Positions 21,988 through 33,820 are shown, counted from the whole stretch's first letter. The stretch: 62,446 bases of DNA, filler included, from Stramenopiles sp. TOSAG23-6 (GCA_900128565.1; 13 parts of 13 records of this genome joined end to end with filler, not necessarily neighbours in it); one strand, 5' to 3'. Notes: a model not told the origin generated them from the letters alone. Program-made: numbers and translations.

Positions 21988-22635
21988 ATGTTGAAAGCAA
22001 ACACTTTTCTTACAGTCTTGGTTTTAATCTTTTATTCCGCATACTCGCCAGCACCATCTAGTGATGCAAATGTGGTGCTTGAGTTTGAATCGCTTTCCCC
22101 AAGTAGACAGAGTGAAATAATGAAAGGTTTTTTTCTAAGGTTAGATTTGATGGATGAGCTCGGTGTTGCTAAAGACGTACAGCATCATATATTAGATATT
22201 TCTCGGTCATACTTTACAATACAATCATCAAACTCGAGTTTTTCTTCTAAAGATTTAAAACAAAAGCTTGAAGAATTAAAAGTAGTAGTTCAGCAAATTT
22301 CAGGAGCAGACGAACGCAACATTCGCTATGAAGGATACGTCGGTAACTATATCCGTGAACTTCTTTCAGTAGTGGTTTGTAAAAAAAATAAACGCATGAT
22401 GTGGAAGTTGAAGCGCTCTTATGATAAAGGTTTGACTACTCCAATGGATGTACTTAAAGCTATGGAAGATCGTATGAAATTACTCGGCTTGCAGTTCCAC
22501 GTCAAATGGCTATTCAGTTTTGAACACTCACGAGGGGCAGGGGAGGCAGTGAATAGTCTCTCAAATTTTAATTGGTGGACAGAGTATCAACAAACTATGA
22601 GTGAGCGTTCCCATGCGGATCATCGGGAGTTATGA
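21988..22635 (+). CDS. Secreted hypothetical protein
   Basis: 215-aa ORF with a signal peptide. Confidence 0.6.
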   Translation: MLKANTFLTVLVLIFYSAYSPAPSSDANVVLEFESLSPSRQSEIMKGFFLRLDLMDELGVAKDVQHHILDISRSYFTIQSSNSSFSSKDLKQKLEELKVVVQQISGADERNIRYEGYVGNYIRELLSVVVCKKNKRMMWKLKRSYDKGLTTPMDVLKAMEDRMKLLGLQFHVKWLFSFEHSRGAGEAVNSLSNFNWWTEYQQTMSERSHADHREL

Positions 22636-22737
22636 ATATCTAGTAAATATTCATGAACAGCATTATTCAAAAGAAGGGGATCTAACTAAAAGACTACACG
22701 AAAAAAAAAAACACTTTATTGATATCTTGCCTTTATT

Positions 22738-23376
22738 TTATTTCATAGAAATGACAGTATTATGAACCCTTCGGCGTTCTTTCATCTCTTTCATTACTGT
22801 TTCGTCAATAAAAGGTTGGAATCTACATGTATTTATAAGGTCTGTAATATAAACACTACCTTTAGAAGAAATAATAGCACTTAATATACGTTCCTTGAGG
22901 TGCCAATCACTTTCTATCATTGCTAATTCCATTTCCATAAACTTAATATCGTCAACAATCGAACATTCGCAACACGACGGTCCACGATTAGTAAGATTAA
23001 TAATATCATTTTTATCAATGGTATGTTTCTTATCGCTATTCATAGAACAAACTAGACTATTAAGGGCTTCTCGTTTCACGTGTCGCACCGCTGCATACAA
23101 ATCACCAAGAGCTTTATGGAGTGGAGTAAGCATTGAAAGTACTTCTGTTTGTTTATATCCCCATTCTATTATATTCTCATTCACTATACTTGGAGAATTC
23201 AAACTTGAAGCTTTGCTTCCAGTAAATAGGCCACGGAATAATGGGTGAATATCTGTGACTTGTTCATCGTCAAATTGGACATCAAAGGACTCCAACAACT
23301 TAATAAGTTTAACGTGCAATTCAGTCCATGCGTCACGCGCAACTTGAAAATCTCCTGTATTGATTGAATCTACCAT
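22738..23376 (-). CDS. Hypothetical helical protein (weak CINP-like C-terminus)
   Basis: 212-aa ORF; LKERI...QPFIDE loosely resembles the CINP C-terminus. Confidence 0.5.
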   Translation of the reverse strand: MVDSINTGDFQVARDAWTELHVKLIKLLESFDVQFDDEQVTDIHPLFRGLFTGSKASSLNSPSIVNENIIEWGYKQTEVLSMLTPLHKALGDLYAAVRHVKREALNSLVCSMNSDKKHTIDKNDIINLTNRGPSCCECSIVDDIKFMEMELAMIESDWHLKERILSAIISSKGSVYITDLINTCRFQPFIDETVMKEMKERRRVHNTVISMK

Positions 23377-23741
23377 ATAGTAAACACCATCACGCTAGAT
23401 TAGAGCTTTTCTTGATTTGAGACAATCTATAGTATATGACTCGGACCCGGTTAGTTGTAGTTAGTTAACAAAGTGCAAGAACTTGCTATGTACAAAGGAA
23501 ATTTAAGGCTCCAGGATACTCGAAATCACGAAAAATCAAAAAATTAGAAATTGGCTTAATCACCCAATAAATTCATTTATATTGTATCATTAGACATGTT
23601 TCCTAGAATAGTTTTACCCGTAGATCCAGAAAATGCTACTAAAAATATTGTATCTCTGCTCCATCAATGCGCAATTTTTGCGTCTCCACCACAGCAAAAT
23701 CGCATCATTGAAATTAAGACAACTTCACTTCCTGAATTTTC

Positions 23742-24019
23742 TGGGCTTCAATTTAGCACTTGGATCTAAAAGAGGCATTGATTCCTACATCTATATATAT
23801 TTGCCCCATTTTGGTCCAACGCTTTTCCTTAAGTGGTCCTCAATTTTTTTTTATTTGAATTGAAAGCCATTTTAATGGCATTTTCAAAAAACCTCTTAAA
23901 ATTAGTTTAATTCAAAAACAAAACCCACTTAAGGAAAAACGTTGGACCAAAATCCGCCAAATACATATAGATGTAGGAATCAATGCCTCTTTTAGATCCA
24001 AGTGCTAAATTGAAGCCCA
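23742..24019. repeat. Long imperfect inverted repeat (arms 23742-23836 and 23925-24019)
   Basis: The outer ~55 nt are perfectly complementary and the inner arm parts have diverged; the repeat reaches the contig end. Confidence 0.85.
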
Positions 24020-24119
24020 NNNNNNNNNNNNNNNNNNNNNNNNNNNNNNNNNNNNNNNNNNNNTTAATTAATTAANNNNNNNNNNNNNNNNNNNNNNNNN
24101 NNNNNNNNNNNNNNNNNNN

Positions 24120-25935
24120 TGTAGATAATGTTTCTGAAACAACTAAAGTATTGATTCGACTTGCAGATCCTGATGGGAAACATTTGGGTAGGCTTCCTTG
24201 GCACAAGATAGCAAAGTTATTAGCATCAAGCAGCAGATGGGTGCGCACTAGTGACATTGCATTCCGTAAACATCGAAAAGAATCTTATAAAAACGTTACA
24301 CGAAAACACAATAGGCGTCGACTCACAAATGAAAACACTGCTCCTGTAACACAAGAAGCATGGATGGCGAAGCAATCCGATTTATCAAGATTTGAACAAT
24401 ATAAATTGCGTAAAAAGAAAAAGCAAGAAGATAAATCACGAAGAAATAGAAGTGCTCGGAATGACTCAGCAGCTAAATCAATCCATCAAGTCTACGTAAA
24501 TAAAACTACTGATGCAGCTACGAAGTCTGCAAATATTTTAGGACATGGGCGTTCTATTGATTCACTTTCGTCGAGTGAAAGAAAATGTCTCGAGGAGATT
24601 CGAACAGAAATAGCAGAACGTTACGGATTAAATTCACTTCATAAAGTATTTCTGCGGTGCGATTGTGATCGTAATGGATTTGTTGACGGATCTGAATTGC
24701 AAGAACGTCTGCAAGAATGGAATCTAAACTGCAGATCAAATGCCATTGCCTTGCTTATAGATGTATGCGGTACGCATAAAGATCCAGTCAGTGGAAATAA
24801 GGGTGTTGCCTTCAATGATCTCACAAAAGTACTTTGTAATAGAGAAACATTCTTATCACAAAGCCATGTAACGCATCAAGCACCACCACCACAAGCATAC
24901 AGTATTCATAGGGCAAGTGCAGCATCACAAGGTTGGGAGCAGAAAGAAATCCAGGCTCTTGGTGGTCATCAATGGTGGAATGAAATCGAAAATACGGTTG
25001 CATTAAATTCTGATTTGTCTAAGCGTGTTGCTCAAACGGTGTATGAAGCAGACTATGATCTTCCACCAGAGGACGCCTATAAATCAGTCACGCGTTGTAA
25101 TGATCTCCATGATTTTCCAAATACGTTAAAACGAGACGCTAGAAGGTGGGACAGGCGCAACAGAGGAGATAAAATTAAAAAGTCAACTCTTGAAAAGCGC
25201 TTGAAAATAAAGTTAGAGCAACAAAAACGACGCATCGCTTCTTACCGCCAAAGATTACATCATAGACATGTAGTTACAGGGCAGTTGCGCTCTCACATGG
25301 ATCTTGATGGATCCTCTAAAATTACGTTTGATAATTTTGCGAGAGGTGTTTGTCTAGTGGGTATTCGACCAACTCCATCAAATGAGGATATGCAGGTTTT
25401 CTTTGAAACATTTCATACAGCTAAAGCAAATCACATAACATGGTCTCGTTTGAAGCGGTCACTTGAGAAACAGTACGGTAATCGTGAAGATATTGTCCGA
25501 AATCGTCGACAAAAATCTCAGGAACGACTTATTTCAACTACAAATACAAAATTAGCTTGGGGGCGACAGAGAAAAAAAGAAAAGAGACCAACAACTGCTG
25601 AGAATGCGAAGCGGCGTCGTGATGCAGCACGGGCCCCAACACCAGGGGGTACTGGTCTGAGATATTCTCTTCGTCATGTCATTTCATCAGACGAAACTTT
25701 CCGATGGAAGCGTAAGTCAATGAAGAAAAAGCAAAAGGAGGACGAGGAAAAAAATCTTACTTGTAAGGAAGCACAAAAGCAAATTGAAAAATTACAAGTG
25801 CCAAAGAGAAGATTAAGAACATCTCTCAAAGATTGGAATGGGAAAGATCTCACATCTACATTAAGTAGCGCCCGCAATAAAAGAGATCAGAAGAAGAAAT
25901 GGCAACCTACAGGAAGATGGAATTCCGTCTGGTGA
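24120..25935 (+). CDS. EF-hand-containing basic protein (5' partial)
   Basis: EF-hand loops DCDRNGFVDGSE and DLDGSSKITFDN. Confidence 0.7.
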
Positions 25936-26002
25936 TGATATTACGAATGAAAAATGAATTTTCCATGAAAGATGTGTGCTATATATTATCATGTGTTGCG
26001 GA

Positions 26003-26119
26003 TTTTATGTTTTGTTTATTTATTATTTCTCTAAAAACAAACGGTTTCAGTATTTACTTTTTTATGTTTTGTTTATTTATTATTTCTTTAAAAACAAACG
26101 GTTTCAGTATTTACTTTTT
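26003..26119. repeat. 57-bp tandem duplication overlapping the ankyrin gene stop codon
   Basis: TTTTATGTTTTGTTTATTTATTATTTCTYTAAAAACAAACGGTTTCAGTATTTACT occurs twice. Confidence 0.85.
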
Positions 26120-27937
26120 ACGCTTCAAACGAGCATCTTCCAGTCCTTGCTGAAATTTTCGATTCCATCGATCTTGTATTTCTGTAAAATTAGGAACTGG
26201 TTTAGGTTTTAATTTATTCCTGCCTCTTTCTATTTGTTCTTCTTTTACTCTTATAAGCTTCATAGCGAACTCATCACCCCTATCACGTTGTCTTATTATT
26301 TCTTTGTACCGTGGGCTTTCTGGATTTTCAAACTCAGGCACTCTATCAAATATAGTTTTTTTCTCTCTCACCTTCTCTAGTTTAGATTCAAATTTACTAC
26401 GGAATCTTGTAAAAGCAGCATCCAAGTCAGCCAATGGTGTCGCTCGAAATTGCACACAGGAAAACTCTTCTTGTGGCCAATTTCTGGACGATGCCGCAAA
26501 ATTCATATTTGGGTCTTTCTCTACCGCAACAGAAAGTCTTCGTGGAAGTTTTGAACTTTTTATAAGTATTTTCTCACGTTCTTTTCTTCTTTCTTCTCGT
26601 TCATCCTTACTTTGTTTTAGCCATTCATCCCACTCAACTTTGTGCCGTTGATGACCCCGCGGAGGTTTAATAGGTGGAATGATTATAAATTGGTGAAAAT
26701 ATTTTAAAAATCGAAATTCGTTAGGTATAAAATTTGGTATGAAATAAATACATTTGAAATTAATGATGAAAATGTACATATATTCAAGTGCTCCAAAGTT
26801 CAGAAGAATATCTGCACAGTCAAAAAACCCATATTTTCGCGCTATGAATAAAGGCGACTCTTTATTCGCATTTTTTATTTCAATATCAGCACCACGTTGA
26901 ATGAGACTTTGAAGCATTTCTGTGTGCCCGAGTCGAGCACACAAGTGAATTGGCGCTTCTGCTAAAGTCATCTTTTTTTTTTCTTTCTCTTCACATTTGT
27001 AATTTGTTTTGCTTTTTTTTATTATTCCTCTGAGGTTCGGGTCAGAATTATTGACAGAGAGTAGCATATCAAAAAGTTCATGATCCCCTGCCGATATTGC
27101 AATATGCAGGGCACTTTCCCCAATATTATTTGTACTATTAATTTGTTCGGCAATGATAGGAACATCAAGCAACATAGATGCGATTTCTTTACGTTGGTGT
27201 CTTACGGAAGCATGTAATATAGAATCTCCATACGAGTCGATAATTCTCAGGTCAGTTGTAGACATTAAGAATTTTACCATTTCCATATGACCAGCTACAC
27301 AAGCAGTATACAAAGGAGTCTGATCTCGTTTATTCAGTTCATCAACAACTGCACCATGCTGCATCAATACTTTTGCTGCAGTAAGTTGGCCTTTTTGCGC
27401 AGCAAAATGCATCGCTGAGTTTCCTTCTTTATCGGTGACAAATACATCAGCACCATTGTGAAATAACATACTTATTGCGAAGGAAAAACCTCCTGCCACT
27501 GCATAATGTAAAGCTCGGCGACCTCGGCTATCAGATGAGTTAATATTTACTCCTTTTTTAATAAATTCTTGTAGAATACCAATAGACCCAATCTTAGCTG
27601 CCTCATGAAGCGGGTATCTATGGTTTGATGCAGCAATGTCATCAGCATTCAAATGTAACATATAGCGTACCGTTGTTCGTTTCCCAGTTTGACTGGAAAT
27701 CAGTAGCTGTGACATTTTGTTAAACTTTCCAAATTGTTGTGCAAGTTTTAACTTGGATTTTTCGCCGGTTGGATTCTTTTCTGTAGTATTTAATTTCCAT
27801 CTCGACGCAACCTTTTTGCGACGCAAAGGCAGAGGTCGCGTATATTGTGACTCCCGAGATATTCCTGAACGAGCTATGGCTTCTCTGTGCTTCTTTTCTT
27901 GGAGCAAGATTTTTGCTATAGAATTGTTTGCTTCCAT
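26111..27937 (-). CDS. Ankyrin-repeat protein (in-frame 93-nt intron 26777-26685)
   Basis: About 8 ankyrin repeats (YPLHEAA, ALHYAV, SAMHFAA, TPLYTAC, SALHIAI, PIHLCA). Confidence 0.85.
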   Translation of the reverse strand: MEANNSIAKILLQEKKHREAIARSGISRESQYTRPLPLRRKKVASRWKLNTTEKNPTGEKSKLKLAQQFGKFNKMSQLLISSQTGKRTTVRYMLHLNADDIAASNHRYPLHEAAKIGSIGILQEFIKKGVNINSSDSRGRRALHYAVAGGFSFAISMLFHNGADVFVTDKEGNSAMHFAAQKGQLTAAKVLMQHGAVVDELNKRDQTPLYTACVAGHMEMVKFLMSTTDLRIIDSYGDSILHASVRHQRKEIASMLLDVPIIAEQINSTNNIGESALHIAISAGDHELFDMLLSVNNSDPNLRGIIKKSKTNYKCEEKEKKKMTLAEAPIHLCARLGHTEMLQSLIQRGADIEIKNANKESPLFIARKYGFFDCADILLNFGALEYMYIFIINFKCIYFIPNFIPNEFRFLKYFHQFIIIPPIKPPRGHQRHKVEWDEWLKQSKDEREERRKEREKILIKSSKLPRRLSVAVEKDPNMNFAASSRNWPQEEFSCVQFRATPLADLDAAFTRFRSKFESKLEKVREKKTIFDRVPEFENPESPRYKEIIRQRDRGDEFAMKLIRVKEEQIERGRNKLKPKPVPNFTEIQDRWNRKFQQGLEDARLKRKK

Positions 27938-28282
27938 AAGGGATAGAATGCAAAACGCTCAGAGTTTAGAAGGAACTTTCTATACGCATATTTGCGTATT
28001 ATTATAATGCTATCATTGCGTATGGTAAAATATATCTGATATTATACAATGTACGAGATACTCTCATGGATATACCAAACATACCTTGATGTTTTTTTTC
28101 ACAGTCAAGGTAGTATGCTGCCATGGTCATCTTCTTTTTACATAACAATGTAACTGTCACATATCGGATATAGGAGCCTCTTTCGCTTTTAAGTATAGAA
28201 TTTTCATACAAAACGAGTAGGGTATTTTTTGACTGCTATGCCGTAAGGCAAACGTGTGTTCCTTCCTCTTTCATTCTTCAGT

Positions 28283-28836
28283 ATGGTGAGAGACAGTATT
28301 AAAAATGTTAAAATAAATGAACCAATGACTACGAAAAGTAGACCATTTCGCTACTGCCGAATTGTTGAACAAAATGGCAGTATTTTGCTTTCAAAGATTG
28401 CGTATTCAAGTGCAAAGAGTCCTCGCAAAGCAATAACTCTAACTTTCATCTTTACACTGGTCTGTTGTTGCGGCTTCGGTCTAATCAAGGTAAAAAGTCG
28501 TGGAGACGAGTTATNNNNNNNNNNNNNNNNNNNNNNNNNNNNNNNNNNNNNNNNNNNNNNNNNNNNNNNNNNNNNNNNNNNNNNNNNNNNNNNNNNNNNN
28601 AAACCCTAAAATAGAAAAGAATATATTCACAGTTGATTCAATTTCGGAAGTTCTAAACGTTTGGGATAAAATAAAAGCTGTAAAAACAAGCAAAGAGTTC
28701 ACAATCGGGGGATTAACAAAACAATGGACATATGCAGACTTGTGTGCAAAACATTCGAATGGCTCTTGTTGGAGTGAAGGGGTTCATCGCTTATTTGGCG
28801 GTTCTTTTGAGGCCTATTCCAAAAGTAGTTTTTCTT
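28283..28836 (+). CDS. Patched/NPC1-related protein N-terminus (partial, gapped)
   Basis: A.SP...ITL TM helix, then GDEL, NIFT..S..EV, and WTYADLCAK...C, resembling the first luminal loop of Patched-family proteins. Confidence 0.55.
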
Positions 28837-28936
28837 NNNNNNNNNNNNNNNNNNNNNNNNNNNNNNNNNNNNNNNNNNNNTTAATTAATTAANNNNNNNN
28901 NNNNNNNNNNNNNNNNNNNNNNNNNNNNNNNNNNNN

Positions 28937-31900
28937 TACTTGACGGCTAACTCTCCAATATGCCTTGATATTCTTTCTCTGATAGCTACATTCGACAATG
29001 ATGATAAGAGCACCATCTCTCGAAACACCCGTATTACTCAAACTCGCGTAATCAACGCGCTTCTCACCCTTAATGACAGCGACACAAAAAACGTGATTAA
29101 GCTATATGCGAAACCAAAAAGCACAGAATACAAAATGCGCAATGGAATGATGCGGCAATGTTCTTCTAATTGGCGAATTCTTGAGGATGAAAAATACGTA
29201 TCGGATGCGCTTGCATATCATGTTTCCTTACTGTATCTTCTGGGTACATGTTGTAACGCTCTTCCAAACACCCCAGAAGTGCAACTACGAACACTGTTAC
29301 CATTAGATTATGCAATTACAGCATTTCGATACCATTTGGAATGTCAGACTAGCATTGATCCACTTTATATATCATTGTTATTTTTGCACTAACGCAACAT
29401 TGCCAAATCTTGATCGATTATATCGATCAGAAGTAATTTTGCTGCTTCAGCATTTCATTGATATATTACAGAAATGTCATGAACATGGGAACATCGAATC
29501 TTTTGTATTATTGAAGCGAAAGAATAAACTAAACATAGAAAATATCAGATGGCTTTGCGGAAGAGAAACGGTTCGAAAATTAAAAAAGTCGGAAGATGTA
29601 GTGCTGTATGTATACCACTATGTCCTTCCGTGTTTATTACAACTATTTGAGCGGTATCATGAAAGTTGTATAGATATGTGCTGGGAGACACACACGCGCT
29701 CAGCGGTGATAAGTAACAAAAACATGCCGCGTAGAGATACAGATAATGTCAGTTGCTTCACTTCTGTTGTGCAGAAAGCTAACTGCTTTTCTTTCAAGCA
29801 TATGCTCGAAACGCTTCTTCAACTACGTTGCGATGCATCACAATTTCCACAGCTTGAATTTCTCATCACTGCAGTCAGTAATACAGGATTAAGTGTAATG
29901 ATGAGAGCAGGTATCAACGTAGGAATCGCATCTCCAAAAACATCTAGACCAAATAACAATACCGGGAAACAAACATTAAAGTCAAAGTATGATGAAAAAA
30001 AGCATGCTACTACGGAGCAGTCTTTCTTGAAAGAATCGAAATTGCTCGAACAAAAGTTGACCGACAAGTCTTTAATTCGCCCTATTCATATTATCCAAGT
30101 AATTAAGAAATCTTTAGATGTAAAGAAATTACACGAAAAGGAATTTATAAGACTCGTGGCAAAGATTTGGTCATTTGAGACCAATCATACATCTTCAATG
30201 AGTCGACAACAAATATTAAAAAGTATTGTTACACACGCTCTGCGCGAAGTTTCTGTGATTGATACATTTATATCTTCATTTAATCTTTGCGACCGTGTAT
30301 GCAAAAATGAAATGAAAATCAATAGGATAGATGACGTAGGAGAAGAACGGGTAGTCCGTGTTCTACGAATTCTAAAACTATTTGTGCTTTTTGCTAAGGA
30401 GGGACGCTGTAAAGTTGAAAATGAAAGTACAAACTTAGAAAACTTAGAAATATCTGAATATATTGTACAGAATGCACAATACCAACTTTTATACGTTCAA
30501 GTAATGGATTTGATATTGAAGCTTGTAAGTCATAACATATCTGGTGCTACATTATTAGCGACACTTAAACTCGGTATAGTTATCATCGAAGGATTGAATG
30601 GACATCCTAATATAAAGTCTCAGGCGTATGCATTTCATATATTGAATAAGAAAGATTCCGATGTTATATTTACGGGATTTCAATTTCATTTACGTGAATG
30701 TTGTGAATTGATTATACATAAGTCAAGTCGAGCAAATCAGTCTAGGTTATTTATCAAGGATTCAAAATTATCCAGTGTGAAGGATATGTATATAGTGAAA
30801 GAGAAGGCTTCATTTAGCCACGAAGTATTGCACTCAATTCTACACTTTTTGCATCTACTTTGTGCAGAGCAGTATCGACCAAACCAAACTCTTATGTGTG
30901 ATCAAGTTAGCAACAATGGAGAGAAATATAATTTAATTTCTTCACTTGTTAGCGTGTACAATGTTTTTACATTGCAGTTCCAAGAGGATGACGAGCTCGA
31001 CGTAAAGTTAATTGGTAATTTGGCTGATATTTCTCGGGCTATATGCTCAATTTGCGAAGGATCTTTTGCAAAAAATCAAAGGGTTTTGCTGTTAGAAACA
31101 AACTTCATTGGAATTTGCAACAGACTAAATAAAAAATGTCGAGCTTATCGAACAGGAATGATGAAAAGATTACAATTAAAACTTAAAATGACAAATGTGG
31201 TAGGACTCTCAACACTTGAAAAAATGGAAAAAGAAAGGACATGGGAAGATGACGAGATTTTATTGGGTCTAGAACACATTGGTGTGAAAATAATGCTTGT
31301 AATTACCAATGAAAATAAAGATGCCGCTATACAAGGAAGGATTGCATCTCAATATAAATTTCGTGTATTATTGTCACGCTTGTGTGACATACTTCAACAA
31401 ACTAGCAATGATATTAATTGCATACATTCGAGAAATTAAATCGAAGTCATGGTTTGAAGAGTTATTAAACGACACAAATACAGCAGATGGATTAACGCAT
31501 TCCAGAAGAGAACTTTTGGATTCTGTTGATTGGTTTGAAAATCGAATATCTAATGTCGAAGTTCTTTGGAATGGTAAGATTATACGAATATTTTTTCGCA
31601 CACCTCCACTGTATTCCTTCGTGATGCAATCTTCACTAGAACAATTTATTATTGATGTAAATCGAGTGAGCACAGAGACTAAACTTACGGCTCTAACAAA
31701 AGAGTTTAAGCATTTGTTATTTGAGATGAAACACCAACTGTGGCTTACAGAAGTACGGTTGAATTTACTATTTTCGGATTCTTATATACATTGGGCTCGT
31801 AATTTGTCTCTGCTGACATCCTTATGCGTTACGATGCTTCTGATTACATTCTATACTAGCGAGGAAACAACATTATCATCAGAATCTCCAACACTAAAAG

Positions 31901-32931
31901 CTAAGAAGATATCAAATGATTTTATGCAATTGTGTTTCGCTATATTTGCGAGTTATCAAACAATTGCAGCTATATATATATTTACAGCATATTTGATTGT
32001 CAAAGTTCCTCCTTTATTACAAAGAAATGATTATAGTGGATCATACCTATCTATGTTTTTAACTACTCGTTTAGGGTTTTACTTCGCGTATGGAATGTTT
32101 GCTATTGTTGGGATAACTACGAAAAAATATTGGATGTTTAGCTTCCACCTCTTAGATGTAATCTTTATGTCGGAATCAATCCGAGACGTTCTTCGCGCAG
32201 TGTATCTACCACGATGGCAGCTTTTTGCAACAACAATGCTTAGTGGCATTATTACCTATATATTCTCCATATTTCAATTTACCTATTTAAGAACAGATTA
32301 CACAAAAGGCCACTGTCGCAATCTTGCACACTGTTTTATCACAACAATTTACTATGGTTGGCGATTAGGCGGTGGAATTGGCGAGATAGACTGGCTCATT
32401 CAGTGGGATGCTCATGGTGCAGGTGATGTAGAATATAGTTGGATTATTCGATCTGTGTATTATCTTTTGTTTTTTATTGCTGTCAAAATTGTGTTGATAA
32501 ACATTATCTTTGGTATCATTATTGATTCTTTTGCAAATATGAGATCCATTGCGTATAATAAACGTGTTGATGCAGCAAACGTTTGCTTCATTTGTGGAAT
32601 TCGCCGAGAAGTATTTGATAAAAATACTGCTAATGGATTTCGAGAACATATCACAAAGAATCATAAAATTTGGAATTATATAAAGTTTATGGTATATGTA
32701 TATGAAAAAAATGAGTCAAAATACACGGCATTGGAAAGACATGTCAAAGTTTGTATCAATGAGGAAATGATAAATTGGTTTCCGGTGGGACGCACATTAT
32801 CTTTATCACGCGATGAAGATCAAAATATACAAGAACAATCTGAAGTTATAGCTAATTTTAAAGCAACGTATCAAAAGAATTGCTTAGGTGCAATTTCAAT
32901 CATGAGACAAAAATACACCAAAAATAAATGA
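28937..32931 (+). CDS. ITPR: IP3 receptor/RyR-superfamily Ca2+-release channel, C-terminal part
   Basis: ILHFLHLLCAE..RPNQ..M..Q...YNLI (RIH-associated), TM helices, pore GWRLGGGIGE, IIFGIIIDSFANMR, CFICGI and H...HKIWNY. Two frame changes near 29370 and 31400. Confidence 0.88.
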
Positions 32932-33125
32932 CTCAATCTTGAGTTTATAATTTAATAAAGCAATGTAATGTAATGTCACAAGAATCAAATTCATAATATT
33001 ATATAGAGTTTCTACATTATTTATGCACAATTTTATTTTTTAATGTTTTTTCGTTAGGCATGAAATTTTTAGGAAAATAAATAAATTCCAAATCAATGAA
33101 GAAAAAGAATTCTATTTGCCCCGAC

Positions 33126-33650
33126 TTAAGATCTTAAAAAGTCCATAAATGCATCCTTGTTCTGAACAGGAGTAGTCTTAGGTCTACCAAGATCAGGTCG
33201 AGCACCAGTAAGTACTCGAGCTTCAAGAAGGGCTGGTCCTTCGCAGTCTCTGAGTCTGTGAACGGCTTCTTTCACCTCCGCTTCAGTCGTTGCTGTGAAA
33301 ACATTTTTGTATTTGCAAGCTGTAGCTAATCCAGAAATGTCAACATTTCCCATTTCGGATATTTGCCCACCAACACTTTCGTGGCATCCATTATTAATGA
33401 TGACATGTTTGAAATTCTTCGGTTGGCGGGAGCCAACTGTAACTAATGATCCCATGTATTGTGAAAAAACACAAAATCACAAAAAAACATTGTTAGGTAC
33501 GAAATTTCGTATGAAAAAAAAATTAAATTTGAAATTGAAAAGAAACATACATGTGCATCTGAAGTGCACCGTCACCTTCTAGAACATAAACGTCTCGGCT
33601 TGGTTTAGCCATTGCAATACCAAGACCTATAGCCGAAGAATGCCCCATAG
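33126..33650 (-). CDS. aepY: Phosphonopyruvate decarboxylase (TPP enzyme), 3' exons
   Basis: MGHSSAIGLGIA, EGDGALQMH|MGSL, NNGCHESVGGQ and DLGRPKTTP..NK..FM.FL are characteristic of Ppd. Intron 33550-33454. Confidence 0.88.
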
Positions 33651-33820
33651 NNNNNNNNNNNNNNNNNNNNNNNNNNNNNNNNNNNNNNNNNNNNTTAATT
33701 AATTAANNNNNNNNNNNNNNNNNNNNNNNNNNNNNNNNNNNNNNNNNNNNTCGAAATTTGTTAGGTACAAAATTTCGTACGAAAAAATAAATAAATTTGA
33801 AATTCATAATGAAAACGTAC

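Noticed and set aside
33454-33550. Classical U12 (minor, AT-AC) introns
   Set aside because: Donors are GTAYGT rather than RTATCCTT, the branch is CCTAAC followed by a long U-rich tract, and several introns cannot be placed in an AT-AC register. A divergent minor spliceosome is not formally excluded.
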